This document shows positions 1-15,311 of a stretch of DNA of 64,000 nt, one piece after another; positions within the stretch are counted from its first letter, which is position 1; every line of letters starts with the position of its first letter. Made by a program: the position numbers and the translations under genes. The DNA comes from the human T2T-CHM13v2.0 reference genome, Homo sapiens: the NCBI RefSeq assembly GCF_009914755.1, contig NC_060938.1; one strand, 5' to 3'. The notes under the pieces were generated by a model, which saw nothing but the letters and a program-made list of their open reading frames with translations, had not been told where the DNA came from and ran no database searches.

Positions 1-650
1 AACAATATTAAAATCCAGCCACTTGTAAAGAGTGAGTAATAAAATAAGTTTAGGGTTATATAAATTGAGTCTAATAAAATAATTCAGATTCCTATGGTAC
101 ATTACAGTTTTATAGTAGTGCCTTTATTTTCTCTTGTTCTTCTACAAATGCCTTTTTGAATATTTATTCATTACCCATTTCCTGGATAAAGATAGTAAGG
201 CTTAGACCTTTTACCAGGATATCATAGCTTAAAAAATGACAGAGCTATTTAATTCATATTTAAAATCATATTTTTTCTTTTGCATTTTTCTACTTCCTGG
301 CATATGTTTTTTTCTCTGATATTAGGGTATAGGACAGGACGAGGAATAATTAAAGTCCCTCCAAAGATTAGGTCAGAAAGGGACCATAAAAGCTTTTCCT
401 TTAGGAAGCTGGCTTTGGCGTTTCATTGTCATTGGAGAAGGCCCATCTGTACCTATGGCACGTGTTATGCTAGGAAAATACCTCCTGAATCCTTTTGTAG
501 AAAGCAATAAGATAGCATTTCTCAGAAAGAAAATGCTTTGCTAAGCAAATACTTTGAAAAAAACAATAAATGATTTTTTAAATGGCATTACAATGTTCTT
601 TGAATAGGACATGGGAACAGGAATCAAACTTGGATATATTGTATTTTCAT

Positions 651-936
651 CTTATTTTATTTCATTTTTATTAGTGACAGGGTTTTGCTCTGTCACCCAG
701 GCTGAAGTATAGTAGCATGGTAATAGCTCACTGCAGCCTTGACCTTCCAGGCTCATGATCCTAACGCCTCATCCTCCTGAGTAGCTGGGACCACAGGCAT
801 GTGCCACCATGCCTGGCTAATGCCTTTTAAGTTTGGTATGGACAAGGTCTCACTGTATTGCCCAGACTGCTTTCTAACTCTTGGGCACAAGTGATCCCTC
901 CACCTTGGCTTCCCAAAGTGCTAGGATGAGAGGTGT
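651..936 (-). mobile_element. AluJ-type SINE, slightly 5'-truncated
   Basis: Degraded T-rich tail followed by a reverse-complement Alu dimer (ctcactgcagccttgacc...tcccaaagtgctaggat). High divergence and J-type wording. Confidence 0.9.
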
Positions 937-2400
937 TATTGCATATTTTTACAAGTATCAGACATGTATGTTCTGAAAGGCACTAGAATCATTGAAAATA
1001 AGTCACTGTGAAGTGCAATGATTCTTGAAGATAGGGGATAGCAGAAGTGTGAAACTTTGTAGGCTAATCATTATGGCCAATGCCTAATTAGGATTTATAG
1101 TACCAAGGCCTGACCAAAGTCATAAATTATCAGACAAAATTATTGGACAGAAAGTGAATGACTGCATATCTTGTTAAAATCACTAGGGAACTTAGGCAGA
1201 AGGTAATGACTGAAATGAGAACTTGCCTGAAACATCAGGCTAAAAATAGTTCTTGATATATGAAGATGATCTGAAAAATGAGCCAAAATTTGTGTTGCAA
1301 AACAGCAATTCAAGAATTCAAGCTTAAAACATTGCCTATTTTTTTCTTCAGAAAACAGGATACAAAAGTCAGTGTGAATGAGCAAAGCCATTGAGTTGCT
1401 CCCAAAGCAGAAGAAATTAGACAAAGCTATTATGGAGGAGATGGGGATGGATTTCCACAAGAGAGGGCAACCTCTATGTGAGGGGTAATTTAATGAAAAA
1501 TTTGCAGGTGATGCACCTGTCTTTTCAAAGTTCTTTTCATCCCTGCAATTTCATACTTTTTCACCTTAAAGGCCAATGGCTTTGTCAGTGCTGCCTGAAT
1601 TGTGCCTTTGAATGAGTAATGACAGATTTGAAATAAGAACATTGGAGCATTTTAAGTGTCCAGTAATATTTGCTCCTGGATCTACTTTGAATGGTGGATG
1701 TGTGATGACTGGTCTCCATGAATGGGATCATCTAATGCCTTTTAAAAATTAAAGACATAGTGTCATTTGGACTTTTTATGATGCAGTACTATCTTGTCAC
1801 AGAAGACTTCAGGATTTCTCTTGGTTAGCAAGTCAACAGAGACCTGTGCATCTAGGCCTGCATATATGCATGCATATTGTTACTTGATGTATTCGGTTAT
1901 AAGAAAAGGAAGTCAGTCCTAGTTAATAACACCATCCATATGAGATTTATGGGTTTCACTTATAAATATTAAATTAATAAATAAAATATTATCCTATCAT
2001 ACTTAGTAACAAAGGTATAAGGCTACAATATTACACCTGTCCTGTAACTTCACAGATATCAAATGAATATCTAGAAAACATCTCTGACTTGCTGCGAGTG
2101 TGTCACTAAAGCCCTACATTGACCATATATGTCTTTATTCTCTATCTGATAATGTTGCAACTTTCACATTATTTTTGAAAGTTCTTAATTGGTGATTAAA
2201 TTCCTGAGAATTTCCAGTAATGCATACCAAATGTCCTGAGACTTTTTAGACATAAATCTGACTCACCTTCAAAATCAAAACAAAAAATCAGTATTACTAT
2301 GATTTCAAGTCATAATCTGAATTTAACTCCACCTTTAAAATTAAATGCTGCCAGGATCACATGCTCAAAGGCTTTCTTGGAAATATGGCTTATACAAATG

Positions 2401-2490
2401 GCATATGCATATATATATATATATATCATATACATGGCATATATACATATATATGAGATATATATGTATATAATGTATATGTATATATAA
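2401..2490. repeat. (TA)n-rich degenerate microsatellite
   Basis: atatatatat... with interspersed cat/tgt. Confidence 0.9.
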
Positions 2491-3071
2491 AACTGGCAAC
2501 AGAAACACAGGAAATGATATGAAAAAATTATTTTGTTCATTTGGAACGCTGTATTTGTTGTCATTTTTGAAGACAATAAAATTGTCATTCGAACCAAACC
2601 CATTTGTTTCATTATCTATTAATTTCTATCTCTTCACACTGCTTGGATTGGAGATAGCAAACAGGCCATGAAAACACCTTGGGAAAATAATTCTTGCACA
2701 TTCTCTAACAAAACTGGAAAAATTACTGATAGATTCTTGGTTTGGTCATATGGTGCTTACATGAACTGGAGAACTTTGATTTGAGCTAGTTCAAATTTTA
2801 ACACACTATCCTTACATACCTACGTTTGAGAGACTGTTATATGGGATTTGAGAGATTTTGAAAACATGGCCTTTTTCTTGCCGTTTGTGAGCAAGGAGAG
2901 ATGTAAGCTGTTTACCTCTGTACCCAGCAAAATACCTTCCAATGAGGTTAGAATCACTAGGACTTTTCTTAATGTTGGTTCACCCCCATTATACCTCCTG
3001 AGTATAAGTGGATAATGATTTTTTTAAATCATAAGAGCGCCATGTTGCAATTGTTATTATCACCCCACCTC

Positions 3072-3073
<2 letters not shown>

Positions 3074-3109
<36 letters not shown>
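3074..3109. repeat. (TG)18 microsatellite
   Basis: Perfect TG run, 36 bp. Confidence 0.98.
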
Positions 3110-3111
<2 letters not shown>

Positions 3112-3875
3112 GTTAAATGATCTTTAATAGTGGTTTGTTACCAAAAAATCCATGTAAGCTCAAGTCACCTAAATAAAAACTACTGTATAAGAAGGAGGCA
3201 CAAGTATGGAAAACATATAGGAATACAAGAAATGTTTACTTTTGGCCCTTTTCCTCTTTTAGGCCATTTCCTTCCTTTCCCTCTACCTTGGACAGCTAGT
3301 TTCAATAAACAAAACCTTGTCCTTATTACTACCACTTTTAGAATGCCTTAACTTGCCCTTAATGCCTAGCCTTTCAACAGGTGGATTCTTGTGTGTCCTG
3401 AATAAACATACAAACACATAGAAACACACATACACAATACAAATGTATATATATTTTGTATAGTATATCTGTATATATTTAGGTACATATTTTAAAAACA
3501 AACACATTCAAGTAAGAGAAACATTGAGTGGTAAAAGAAAAATTAGCAAACTGATATAAGGTGTAGCAGTCTTACTTATCAAATGGAACAGGTGTCTTTT
3601 TCAAATTTAGTTGGTGCCTTTAATTGGCCATTTATTCCTGAGTGTGTTGGGCGTAGTAATAAATGATATGACAACACAGCTCATGCCAGTGGTGGACTTC
3701 TACAACCAGTGGAATAGTCAAGAAAGGTCAAGCTGTCTCCATTGATTTGAAAGTAGATTGTACCTACTTATCACAAGCACCTTAGTTTTCCTTTCCTTCT
3801 TTTCTATGAAGGATTGTCCCCTTGTCCATATCACATGTTATCTATCATCCTTAATGTCACTAATAAATTAGATTA

Positions 3876-3945
3876 TTCATGGAATGTGCTTAGCCCTGTG
3901 TCTGGCTCCTTGTAAGCAGTTGATAAATGTAAGCTGCTATAGTTA
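3876..3945 (+). mobile_element. MIR 3' end fragment
   Basis: gtgcttagccctgtgtctggctccttgtaagcagttgataaatgtaagctgctat resembles the MIR 3' terminus. Confidence 0.6.
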
Positions 3946-4644
3946 TCACACTTTGATCCTTACCACGTTTCCTTGATATATTGAGGGCAAATAATTGAAT
4001 CTGCATTTTATTAAAAGAACACTGAGACTAATGGAGGTGAAGAGGTTACCTGACTTCTCTTTGGCTCAGGATCAGTGAACAATATTATAGGTACTTGAAC
4101 TAAGAACTCCAGTCTTTTAGGCCAGTGATTGCTCCTCAGTATCAACATTTAAAAGTAGTTAGTTATTCTTGTTTTCTGAAACCATCCTGAGAAAATAAAG
4201 GAGATACCACTTCTGTCTTGTCTCTTCTCCCTGGTTTTAAACCTGTGCCTTGTCATAATGCAAAGGCCATGTATTTATTTAAAAATTATAAACACATTTT
4301 ACCTGAAGTGACAGCTGAACTGTGGTTCTAAATAGCCTCTGTTGGTGGCCTCAAACTTCTGTATATATTCGGTATATTCCATTAAGTGCAATTTTATGAA
4401 AATGTCATAAACAAATCAATCACTCTTGACTTAATTTTCAGCCACCATCAGCTTCTATTGAGAATCTCAGCCATCAAAATATCCATAAGACCATATGATG
4501 AAGTACATATAAAGTACTGTGTGAGCACAATGAAAAAGCAATGAGATTCTTTTTGGGGGTTCACGGAAAGCCCCCAAGTGAGGGTGCCATTTGAATTGAG
4601 TATAAAATGATGAATAGAGATTTGTCCATTGAAAAGGGCAGACA

Positions 4645-5450
<806 letters not shown>

Positions 5451-5612
5451 ATATTAAGCTCCTCTTCTCAATAAAGATTAGATTTAATTACGAAAATATC
5501 ATCTATTTATTTGCCATCTTTTTTTACAATAATATATCTTGTATCTTCATATAAAAGCAGTTACGGCAGCCCTCTGCACTGTATTTTCATAGGGTTCTGT
5601 TTTTATCTTACT

Positions 5613-5732
5613 TAACTGTAAGGTCCTTGAGGGCAAAAACAGTCAAGTCTTTCTCATTCATCCTTTGCAAACCCAGCACCCTGATTCCCAACAGAGTAGA
5701 ACTCAGCACATATTTGATGAATTAGATTGAAT
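5613..5732 (+). mobile_element. L2 3' end
   Basis: actgtaaggtccttgagggca...cccagcacc...agtagaactcagcacatatttgatgaat. Confidence 0.7.
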
Positions 5733-7261
5733 TTAAATCTATATATAGTTATAGGAATAAATGCTTGGAGGATTTTCCTATCTCTGTTTCAATTCTTTGT
5801 TTTAGCTCAGTCTTTTTATGTTGGCTCCTGTAAGCTTTTTGCAGTGCTGCAAACACTTCTAGCTGACAAGAGAGAAAAAGAAAGTCAGTGAAAAGGAGGA
5901 GGGGGCATTGCAGCATCTAGATTGAACTCTCCAGGCTTGCCTGTCTCATAATTTTCACCTTTGGTGGGGAACTGTCCCAGATTTCATCCACCAGGCTAAG
6001 GTTCTGACATGGTACCTTCTTAAATCAAGCTTGAAGGGAAATTGATTGAAAAGAAAACACCATTATGGGAAAACAATTCATTTTCTTCCCCATGACAGAA
6101 GGTAGACTTTTGTCTATACTGCAGAATAAATATGATCTGGCTGATTGCTTTAAGATCTGGAAGCTCAGAGGAGTCATAATGGCTTTGCTCACTCTTTAGA
6201 GGGAAATTACCTTCCATTTTGGAGACATTTGATACAAAGGTTTTGGTTAGCTTTCAAAAAGTAATATTTTTTCTCCCTGTGTGATTATTTATATTAGCTA
6301 GATATAGATGCATGAAAACTTGCAAATATTTCTGTGTGCAGTTGTGTGTTTCTACTGAAGTACCCTCCAGACAGGGAGTAAGCAGATTTTTTTTAAAACT
6401 TTTCTATAAGCCCCTTAAATATTACAGTCGTCCCATGCTTTCTGTGTTGAAAGAAAACAAATTTAAACTCATAAAGGTGGAGTGAAGGCAAAAAGATAGA
6501 ATAATGTTTACCTGATGTTTATAGTAGTAGAAAACACTTCATTGTTAGAAATAGCCAAGAAGGCACTTACGTTGTGGGACACTCATCCGTCCCGTTGACA
6601 AAAGTTGGATTCATTTTATCTTGCAGAAATTGCAAACTAGCATCCCCTCAGACAAAATCTAGCCCTGATAATACGTATTTGGACAACATAGAAATTATGT
6701 TGGCAAGTCTTTTCTACTTCAACACAGTCCCCACCATGCCCATTGTACAATGGCTGGCCAAATTCACACATTTAAGTTCCTAGCTCCCAAAAGACTTGAG
6801 GTTGAATGCCTTGCTAAAGGTTTTTAGTGCAACTCTGCTTTGCTAGAAGATGAATTCCTACCTTGCAAAAAACTCGGATGCATGTCTCCTGAGATTGGAA
6901 TGGACAAGGAACAAATGTACTTGTTTGTAGTACTTCTAGAATGTCTCCCTAAATCATCTTAGAAGCAGAAATCTTACCCAAAATATGATGCTTGCCAATA
7001 TATTGTTTACCACCCATCATGCTCTGAACCATCATGCCTCTTGTCTGGGTAGCCTTGCTCTATGAGGCAATTTGTGGTATAAAGATTTTTCATTAAGTTT
7101 TGGCCAGTGAAGATGTTGTCAATGTACAAAGTCAGTAATGCTTCTTGTGAAATGGTCGCCTCTCATGCCAATCTTGGAAGCGTAACATTTTCTTGACCAC
7201 TTTAGTTCTAATGACTTCACGTTTATCCTGAACTAGAAATATGCTATCTTCTTGGTTGTTT

Positions 7262-7394
7262 ATTCTCTTTCTTCTTCCCTCTTTATATCTCTCCATCCTT
7301 CTTTCTTCCTTCTTTTTTCTTCCCTCTATTTCTTCCTTCTTTCCATCATTCTCTCCTCTTTCTTTCTCTCATTCTGTTTCTTCCTCTTTTTTTT
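7262..7394. repeat. CT-rich low-complexity tract
   Basis: Near-pure pyrimidine stretch. Confidence 0.85.
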
Positions 7395-8419
7395 GAAAAT
7401 CTTAGCAAGAGTTAATGGACTTATGATCTAAAAATTAGGTTATTAGAAATTTTTGTCATAAAACCTGGAGAATTGATGTTTGAATTCTCCTTGGCTAGAG
7501 TCAATCCTTTATCCTTTTTAGGTAAATGAATTAAGTCTCATGCAATTTCCTGTGTGGGAGACTCTTTAGATGAATCATTTAAATGGAAAGCCCTGTCTGC
7601 TCATCAAGGGGCGCGATTTTAGAGTTTTCCTGAGTATTATGTGCACGCTTAGTACAGTCATTGAGATACATAAGGCAACCATGTGCCTTAATCTGTATGA
7701 AGTCTCAGTTCATATGTGATTATTTAAGTAAAGTATATAACTGAAATTTTACATCTTTTGATCTCTTTGCAAAATTTCCCTGAGCCACTTAAAAATAACC
7801 TTTCTTTACTCCTTTTTGTCTTGAAACATTTTTATTGGAAGACTTCAGACCTAACTTTAGTACCAGAGACCAAAAGTCATATCTCACTTAGTTCTACAAT
7901 CTCTAGTCCACTTTTGATACTCAGAATAGATAGTAAAGGTGCTATTTTTTTACCCCAGAGTGACAGACTGTTATAAATGTTGGGATCCTATGAAGTACTG
8001 TGGAGAGTATTTAATGAGCCGTTGTAGAGCCTACACAGATACATTTATATAAGATATTGTTTTTATACCAGCCTCAAATGCTCCTAGGAGCAGCCAGACA
8101 GGTCTTCCTCAAAAGGATAATCTGGAATCTTTACCTTTGCAATTGTTCTATGATACTTCTCTTTCAATGCACAACTCCCAATTAATTCCTTGGTACTCCT
8201 TGCAATAAGAGAAAATTAAAAGGGACTCATTTGATATTAGATGGGATCACACTTATATACCTATTGCATTGTATAATAAGTAAGCATGAGTATCATTCTG
8301 TTGTATAGTCCCAAACTTTTCCTTGAAATAATTGGCAAGAGGATAGAGGAAAGACATCCAAGATTTATTAATACCTTCATGGTTCTAGTTACCTCTATAA
8401 ACTAGTGAAACCTTTTCCA

Positions 8420-8550
8420 AATATTGTAGATAAAGAAATTGAGGCACAGAGGTGTTACTTAACTGATTCAAGTTCACACAGCTAATAAACAACAGAGGCA
8501 CAATTCCAAACCAGCTCTTCATGGCTCTAAAATCTGTGTTTTTTCCATAA
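8420..8550 (-). mobile_element. MIR
   Basis: agataaagaaattgaggcacagagg...aagttcacacagcta, antisense MIR core. Confidence 0.75.
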
Positions 8551-8589
8551 TAAGCTGCCTAATTTATTGCGCTTTTATTGTGGTAATTA

Positions 8590-8767
8590 TTTTACAAGCA
8601 TTATTGCATTTAATCCTCATAGCCTTGTTATGTAAGTCCCAATAGTCCCCATTTTTGCTGATGAAGGAAGTAGGATTCAGAGAAATCAAGTAGCTCTCAT
8701 GTTGTCTCACAGTGAATAAGCAATAGATTCAAGATGAACTCCAGAGCCTGTGCTCTTAACCACTACA
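8590..8767 (-). mobile_element. MIR
   Basis: catttaatcctca...ccccatttttgctgatgaaggaagtagg...actccagagcctgtgctcttaaccacta. Confidence 0.8.
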
Positions 8768-10515
8768 GAAAATTATGAAATTACAAGGCATGGTCCTGCC
8801 TTGTGGCTCTAGCATCAAGTTGGTAAGACAACACAACACCAAGGCTCTTAAGGAATCCTCTGGACTTGAGTGTATGTATGGGAGGAGAAGAGGGTGTTCT
8901 AGGTAGGATAGTAACATGACAAATTCAAGGATATGAGAATGGAATGTTCAGCTTTATTTTCATTTTAGATAAAGTTATAATATCTGATAAGATAGCATGG
9001 AAGGAAGGAACTTCACTCTCCTGGAGTGTAGAGTTGTCAGGAGTGGACTTGAAAAAAAGAGTGACAACCATGAGGTCTGATAGGCTTTAGAACGCAGGTC
9101 TTAAAGAGCCTGGAGAAAAGAGCGTGCATCACAAATCCTACATAGACAGCAAAACCACTGCCCAGGTAAACCAAGGCCGCAGTCTAATCTTGGAAGGAGA
9201 GAGTAATTTAGGACAGCAAAGCAGAATCCATCTCCTTGGGCAAAGCTTCAGGAAAGCCCTGTCTGAATCTAAGAGGGAGCTCTCGGAAGGAAAGGAGAAG
9301 GACATTTGCAGAAGGAAGAGAGGCAGCCTTGGCCCTTATGAACTCTGGGGGAGGTTCCTCCCCCTACTCTTAACTGAATGTGGCCATAAGTTGAACACCA
9401 GTGAACACCAGCAACTGCTGAGACTGAGGAGAGCAGCAACAACTGAGCAATTAACCTTTGGTGATGGGCTTGAAGTTCTAATTAAGAGCAGAGTCTCTTC
9501 TATCAGGTGGGAGGGGGAACAGCAGAAAGATGTATGAGGGGGATGAAAAAGACCAGCATGTTAGCAGGTCAGATTTAAAAGACATCCAAATGGGTGTAAG
9601 AGGGTGAGAGAAAAGAAGGAGATCACTGACCAATTAATTTTTCTGTTTCCCAGTCAAAGTTTCTTCTCCTTTCTCTTAACCCTGCAGTGACTGCTGTGTG
9701 CAGAAGCCAGCAGCTCCGGGGAGAGCTGACGTTGAATGCTTATGCTCCTCTCTGTTGTAAATTCCTTTCTTCATTTGCTGAGTATCATTGGTAATTTCTA
9801 TGTAAATTTTCTCAGAGTAGCAATTTAGCAGCTTTTCTGTTGACAAATGAGGAATAACTTAATAGTCAAGTGACTGCATGTCATGTTTCGCAAGGAGGTG
9901 GAAGTAGCGCCTTGTAGATCGCAGGGATGGATGCTGGAAGTGGGCGATCTTGGGAAAGCCTCATTGCCTCAGTGCCCTATTTAATTTCGCCCATTTAAGA
10001 TAGGAGAGAATAAGCTTCTATACTTGACGAACCTAGTTTCTTGTGAAGAGTGATTGTTAGGAATCTTTTCTCTTTTAGCACTTAGTTAACGAATACCTTT
10101 CAAACCAAATCAAGAGGCAAGACCCCCTCCAACTTTGTCCAGAAGCCTTCACAAGCAGAGGCATATTTTGTTTTGTATCAAATGCTTCTCATTGTCCGTA
10201 TTCAGGAGGCAGGCAACAGTGGGGTCCTTTTTGAAGTGACCAGGGATGGATGCAGGCAGCAAGGCATCGTTGCTTTCCAGATGCCACCTTTACTATAAGA
10301 ATCGAAGTCCTTTAAAGTGGACTCTGAGAAACTTCACCTAAATCATTTCCCAAGGTGACAGCTCTCTATGCAGTTTTTTCTCCTAACTAGAAAGCTTCCT
10401 CTTGCCACTGCGCTGAAAATGGGAAAAGTAGGTGGATGGGGAGGTCTTTTTTAAAGCCCAGATTTCTGGAATTTGTGGTCCTTCTACTTTCCTGTCTCCA
10501 GCAGTGACCTTCTCC

Positions 10516-10900
10516 TCATTTATTCATGACAGAATCATACGTATAAAAATTCATGTATTCTGGTCACCGTTCTAAATTCTGGATGGTGAAAAAAGATATG
10601 CAGGGCCCCTCCTTTTATGGAACTTTCATTTTAGGAAGGAGGAAACAGTAAGCAAGTGAACAGATAAGTTAGTGGTATAAAATTGTTTAAGAGTGACTGG
10701 ATGGGAGGAGGGTTTACTGGAAGCTCAGAGGGTTCATGGTAGCCCACTCTGCAGAGATGAGAGTTAAACAGTGTTCTGAATGATTGAAAAGAGCCAACCA
10801 TTCACAGATCTAGGGAGGCATGCTCCCAGAAGCTGAGACAGCTAGAGCAAAGGCCTGAGGTGGGAAAGAACTTAGCTTGCTGATAAATCAGATACAGAGC
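10516..10900 (-). mobile_element. L2 3' region
   Basis: tcatttattca...ccttttatggaactttcattttagg...gcaaaggcctgaggtgggaaagaacttagc. Confidence 0.75.
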
Positions 10901-11994
10901 CAAGCTGCTGTTGTATTGTAAGATTATTTCAGACTCGGGAGTAGGGATGTGTTTGCACTTCTAGCTCTATAGGCCCTCATGAGCCTGTTGGACACATTGT
11001 TAAATTGATGCCAAGTAGCTCAAAGCAGAACCCAGTCCCTTGTCCATCATCTTCTTTCTGCTGACTTCATAGGAACATGGTTCACTTTCACTGCCTTCCT
11101 TTGTGGACATACTCAGCCTGCGAATTAAAAACAGAACTGATTTTCTCATCTCCCTTGGATCCTGGGGAAATTAAGGCCTGCCTAGGCCTCAGTTCTTTCC
11201 CTAGATTGAGATTAAAATAGCTTTCCTTGCAATCATCCAGATGCCAATTTAATAAACATTCTCTGGCCCCTTCCACATATAACCCCTGGACTGCCTTACT
11301 AATTTCTTAGCATTCTTCTCCTTTTCTCCACAAATCCTCCCTTTAAAGAGTGTTTTTTTCCCATGCCTTTCTTATTCTTTTTTGTGGAAAGCCCAAATTA
11401 GTTTGTTTATTTTTGCCCTTAAAGTCCACCATATCCAAATGAGAAGTACAGAAGCTATTACCTTAAAAGTAAGCAGTGAGAATCCTAACATCTTTTTTTC
11501 CATCCCCACATTCTCCTCAATATGTTCCCTGTCCTTTGATGCATAAGAGGGTGAAAACCTCACATGAGTATTTTATGCACTACCATTTTACAAGTGTTTC
11601 AGTAAATATTACTTCATGTAATTCTCATAAAAATCTTGGGAGATCAGCAACACAAGAACTGGTAGGAAACTCTGTAAGGGGGAATGTGGGGATGCGAGGG
11701 AAGCCAGATCATTTCCAAAGTCCAAAGGTCAGATCTTCACGTTGAAACCCAGTCTGCACTGACCTTTGACCTGGCATCACCATTCCATAGCTATTTGTTG
11801 GTGTCAGCATCCTGGATAGGGGGATTTTTTTTTTTTTCAAATTGTAATTCAAAGGCTAACAGAAAAGAGAAGGTAGGCTTGAGAAAGCACTAGTTTTCTT
11901 GGGACTCTGACTTATTATTTGGAAGAAAATTGATTGAAAGCATAGGTGATTATTTGTTCCTTGTATCTTTCAGAAAAAATCAAGTGCTCTATGA

Positions 11995-12512
11995 CATTAC
12001 TGAGTATATACCCAAAGGAATATAAATCATTCTGTTATAAAGAGACATGCATGCGTATATTCATTGTGGCACTATTCACAATAGTAAAGACATGGAATCA
12101 ACCCAAATGCCCATCAATGATAGACTGGACAAAGAAAATGTGGTACATATACACCATGGAATACTATACAGACATAAAAAGGAATGAGATCATGTCCTTT
12201 GCAGGGACGTGGAAGGAGCTGGAAGCCATTATCCTCAGCAAACCAACGCAGGAACAGAAAACCAAATACCACATGTTCTTACTTGTAAGTGGGAGCTGAA
12301 CAATGAGAACACATGGGCACAGGGAGGGGAATAACAAACAGTGGGGCCAGTCATGGGGAGGGGAGGAGGAGAGCATCAGGAAAAATAGCTAATGCATGCT
12401 GGGCTTAATACCTAGGTGATGGGTTGATAGGTGCAGCAAACCACCATGGCACACGTTCACCTGTGTAACAAACCTGCACATCCTGCACATGTACCGTGGA
12501 ACTTAAAATAAA
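11995..12512 (+). mobile_element. L1PA10-13-type LINE-1 3' end (ORF2 C-terminus plus 3' UTR), 5'-truncated
   Basis: ORF 11946-12299 reads IYPKEYKSFCYK...WNQPKCP...LVSGS*. The 3' UTR contains gagcatcaggaaaaatagctaatgcatgctgggcttaatacctagg. Confidence 0.93.
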
Positions 12513-14956
12513 ATGACACATTACTTTCCCCACTGTTTTTTTTTAAGCAAAAGTGTTCTCACACAGAACACAGGCAAGCATGTCTAACATGTTCCATTCT
12601 AAGTCTTGCCCTTGCATGTGGTTGAAAATGACTATGGACTATCCACATCACAAATTATGGGTTCCAGTGTGTATATGGACACTTCTGAATTCACTCAAAA
12701 TTTTTCTTACTGATCCCTATTGCCAGATGGGGGAGATCAGCTTCTATATTAAGCAAGGATGTGTCCAACTTTTGAAATGGAATGAATAGTTAAAATTGTG
12801 CATTTCTCACTCTGGTGGTTGCCTATAGCTGTCTCCGCCCCCACCCCCACCTCTCTTCCCCACCACCTTCACCAGCAGTAGAAAAGTATGTCATATGTGT
12901 GTGGGGTGGGTACAGATAGAGAAACTTGGCAGAAATAGGGTGAGAGATGTGACTAACACCCTCAGCTAATTTCTGTGCATGTTCCCAAACAGAGATCTGC
13001 AGAGAAAGGAGCAAGAGTTCCTTGCATTCTAACCCAAGCCACCCCTTCACACTTCCAGCTTTAGTTCACTTCTCCACCTTCCATGCATGGTTGCCATCTG
13101 ACCTGGCTACTGAGAAGATCAGACCTCCCAGTAGGAGATCCACCACATAAGCTAAAAATAAGAGCTGCTACTTCTCTGCAGATACCATTAACCCAATTAG
13201 ATAAATAAAAAAAAAAAAGAAAAAGAAATTACAGCTTCATTAAGTAACACCAGAATAAACTCCAAGAAGGCAAACCAAATCAGTTATACAATTTAAAACT
13301 TTACTCAAAAATCAAAATGATTTGAAACCAATGGTCACTTAAATGAAGGCAGAAGCTGCATGGCAGCCATTATTGGAGCCAGCAATTCAGCAGAAGTCCA
13401 AAGGTCCAGTGCAGCAGTACATGTGACAGGTGATGTTGCCTGCATACACAAAATTAAATGGAACTAGTTTTCGAGGGTCTGCTTGTCTCCATGAAAAGAG
13501 AATGTATCCTTCTGAAAGTCCTTTTGTTTAAAAATATGATCAGGCTCTGAAAGAATTTTAGGTCTTGATACTAACTAACAGAAGACATGCATTTATTAAA
13601 AATTGTATCACAAAGGGGTGAACTGGGGCCTGATTGATTGATGTTGAAATTTGATTTATCCCCAGTAGAAAGTGCCAGGATATTAAGCCTCTATTACTCC
13701 ACAAGGGATACCATTTTGCCTTTGGTGGGTGAGGTAAATCTTCAGATTAGAAATGGTAAAGCCTCAAGACTTCCAAAAACATACAGGCTCCTATTGTATA
13801 CTTGCTGAAGTTCCTATAATTATTTACAATTCCCTGCAAAGAACATTCTTGGGGGTGAGTCCCAGAACAGAGGTGAGCCTCCAGCTGCAAAAACCATAGC
13901 AAGTATGGCAGGGAGCATCTTTGATTCAGAACAGAACGCCACTCATCGTTCCATCAGAACAGGGGCAGGAGGTTCCTGCCAATACTGATTGATGCCACGA
14001 ATCAACTGGAGTTGTTCCATGATCCACATGGTCCTTGGACTTGGTGCTGTCCTGGAAACTGGATTCATTGCTCAAGGAGCTGAGATAAAAGAAAGCAGCC
14101 TAACCAATGGCCAGCTCAAATTAGGAGCTCAAATGAACAGGGCCTCAAGGAAGTCAGCCTCTGAGAATCTGAGATTTCCAGACTCTGATAATGGGAATCT
14201 CACCTATTTGTCCACTTTTGGGGTAGATCTAGACACCATGATGTGTCAGCAGCCTCTTAGTTGCTGAGACAATTGTCCCAGAGTGCACAGACTAAATCTA
14301 AATCCCTACAATATGTTTTCAATGAATTTATGCCACACTAATTTTCTAATTTGCAATTTTTAAGTCAATATACTTTATTTTCTTTTAAAAATAGTGTTTT
14401 ATATTTTCATACTATAACATATTTCCATGATATTAAAATTGGCAAGTAAAGAAAATAAAATATGTAAAGTCATTACTGTCATCCTCCCAGAAGTGATGTG
14501 CTAACAATTAGACATATTTCATCCCCAGTTTTTTTCTACAGACACTTTTGCTTTACCATATTGTGTACTTGGGTCTATTTTCAACTCTGAGCCACTTGCT
14601 ATATTGAACAGTGTTTCTACAGACACCGTGCTGTTTCTTCTTTCCTTCTTTCACTCAACAATCATTTACTGAGCATTTTGAGAAGAACTGGGAGGACAGC
14701 GATAGAATGCTTTTGCATTTTATCTGCAGTCAACTAGTTAGAAACCAGAAACAACTATCTTGCATCTCATTATCTTGTTATTTTCACCTTTAAAATCCCT
14801 TTGCAGAATAGGTACATAGTATTAATTTGATAACTAAATGAAAACAAAATGGAGTTCATCAAAGTGGATTTGTTTTGAATTGGCTTGGAGTTACTGGCAG
14901 TCTATGATGACATACGCTACTCCCCACCATTGACACATGCATTCAAATGCAGATGC

Positions 14957-15311
14957 TATATTAGTCTGTTCTCACACTGCTAATAAAGACATATCCAAAA
15001 CTCGGTAATTTATAAAGGAAAGAGGTTTAATTAACTCACAGTTCCATGTGGCTGGGGAGGCCTCTTAATCATGGCAGAAGGTGGAGGAGAAGCAAGACAT
15101 GTCTTACATAGCAGCAGGCAAGAGAGCTTGTGTAGGGGAACTGCTGTTTATAAAACCATCAGATATCTTGAGACTTATTCACTATCATGAGATTGGTATG
15201 GGGGAAATCACTCCCACAATTAAGTTATCTCACCCTGACCCCACCCTTGACATGTAAGGATTATTACAATTCAAGGTGAGATTTGGGTGAAGACACAGCC
15301 AAACCATATCA
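14957..15311 (-). mobile_element. THE1C-like solo LTR (MaLR)
   Basis: tattagtctgttctcacactgctaataaagac...gacacagccaaaccatatca, 355 bp. 5-bp TSD gatgc/gaggc (4/5 match). Confidence 0.93.

Noticed and set aside
9124-9537. 137-aa ORF in apparently unique sequence
   Set aside because: GTG start, no recognisable domain, no clear splice context; consistent with a chance ORF in a purine-rich patch.
13920-14100. Minus-strand acceptor ctttcttttatctcag followed by about 50 open codons
   Set aside because: No recognisable protein and no convincing donor before the stop.
14533-14626. 13-bp direct repeat tttctacagacac, 81 bp apart
   Set aside because: The intervening sequence has no tail or element features, so a TSD cannot be supported.
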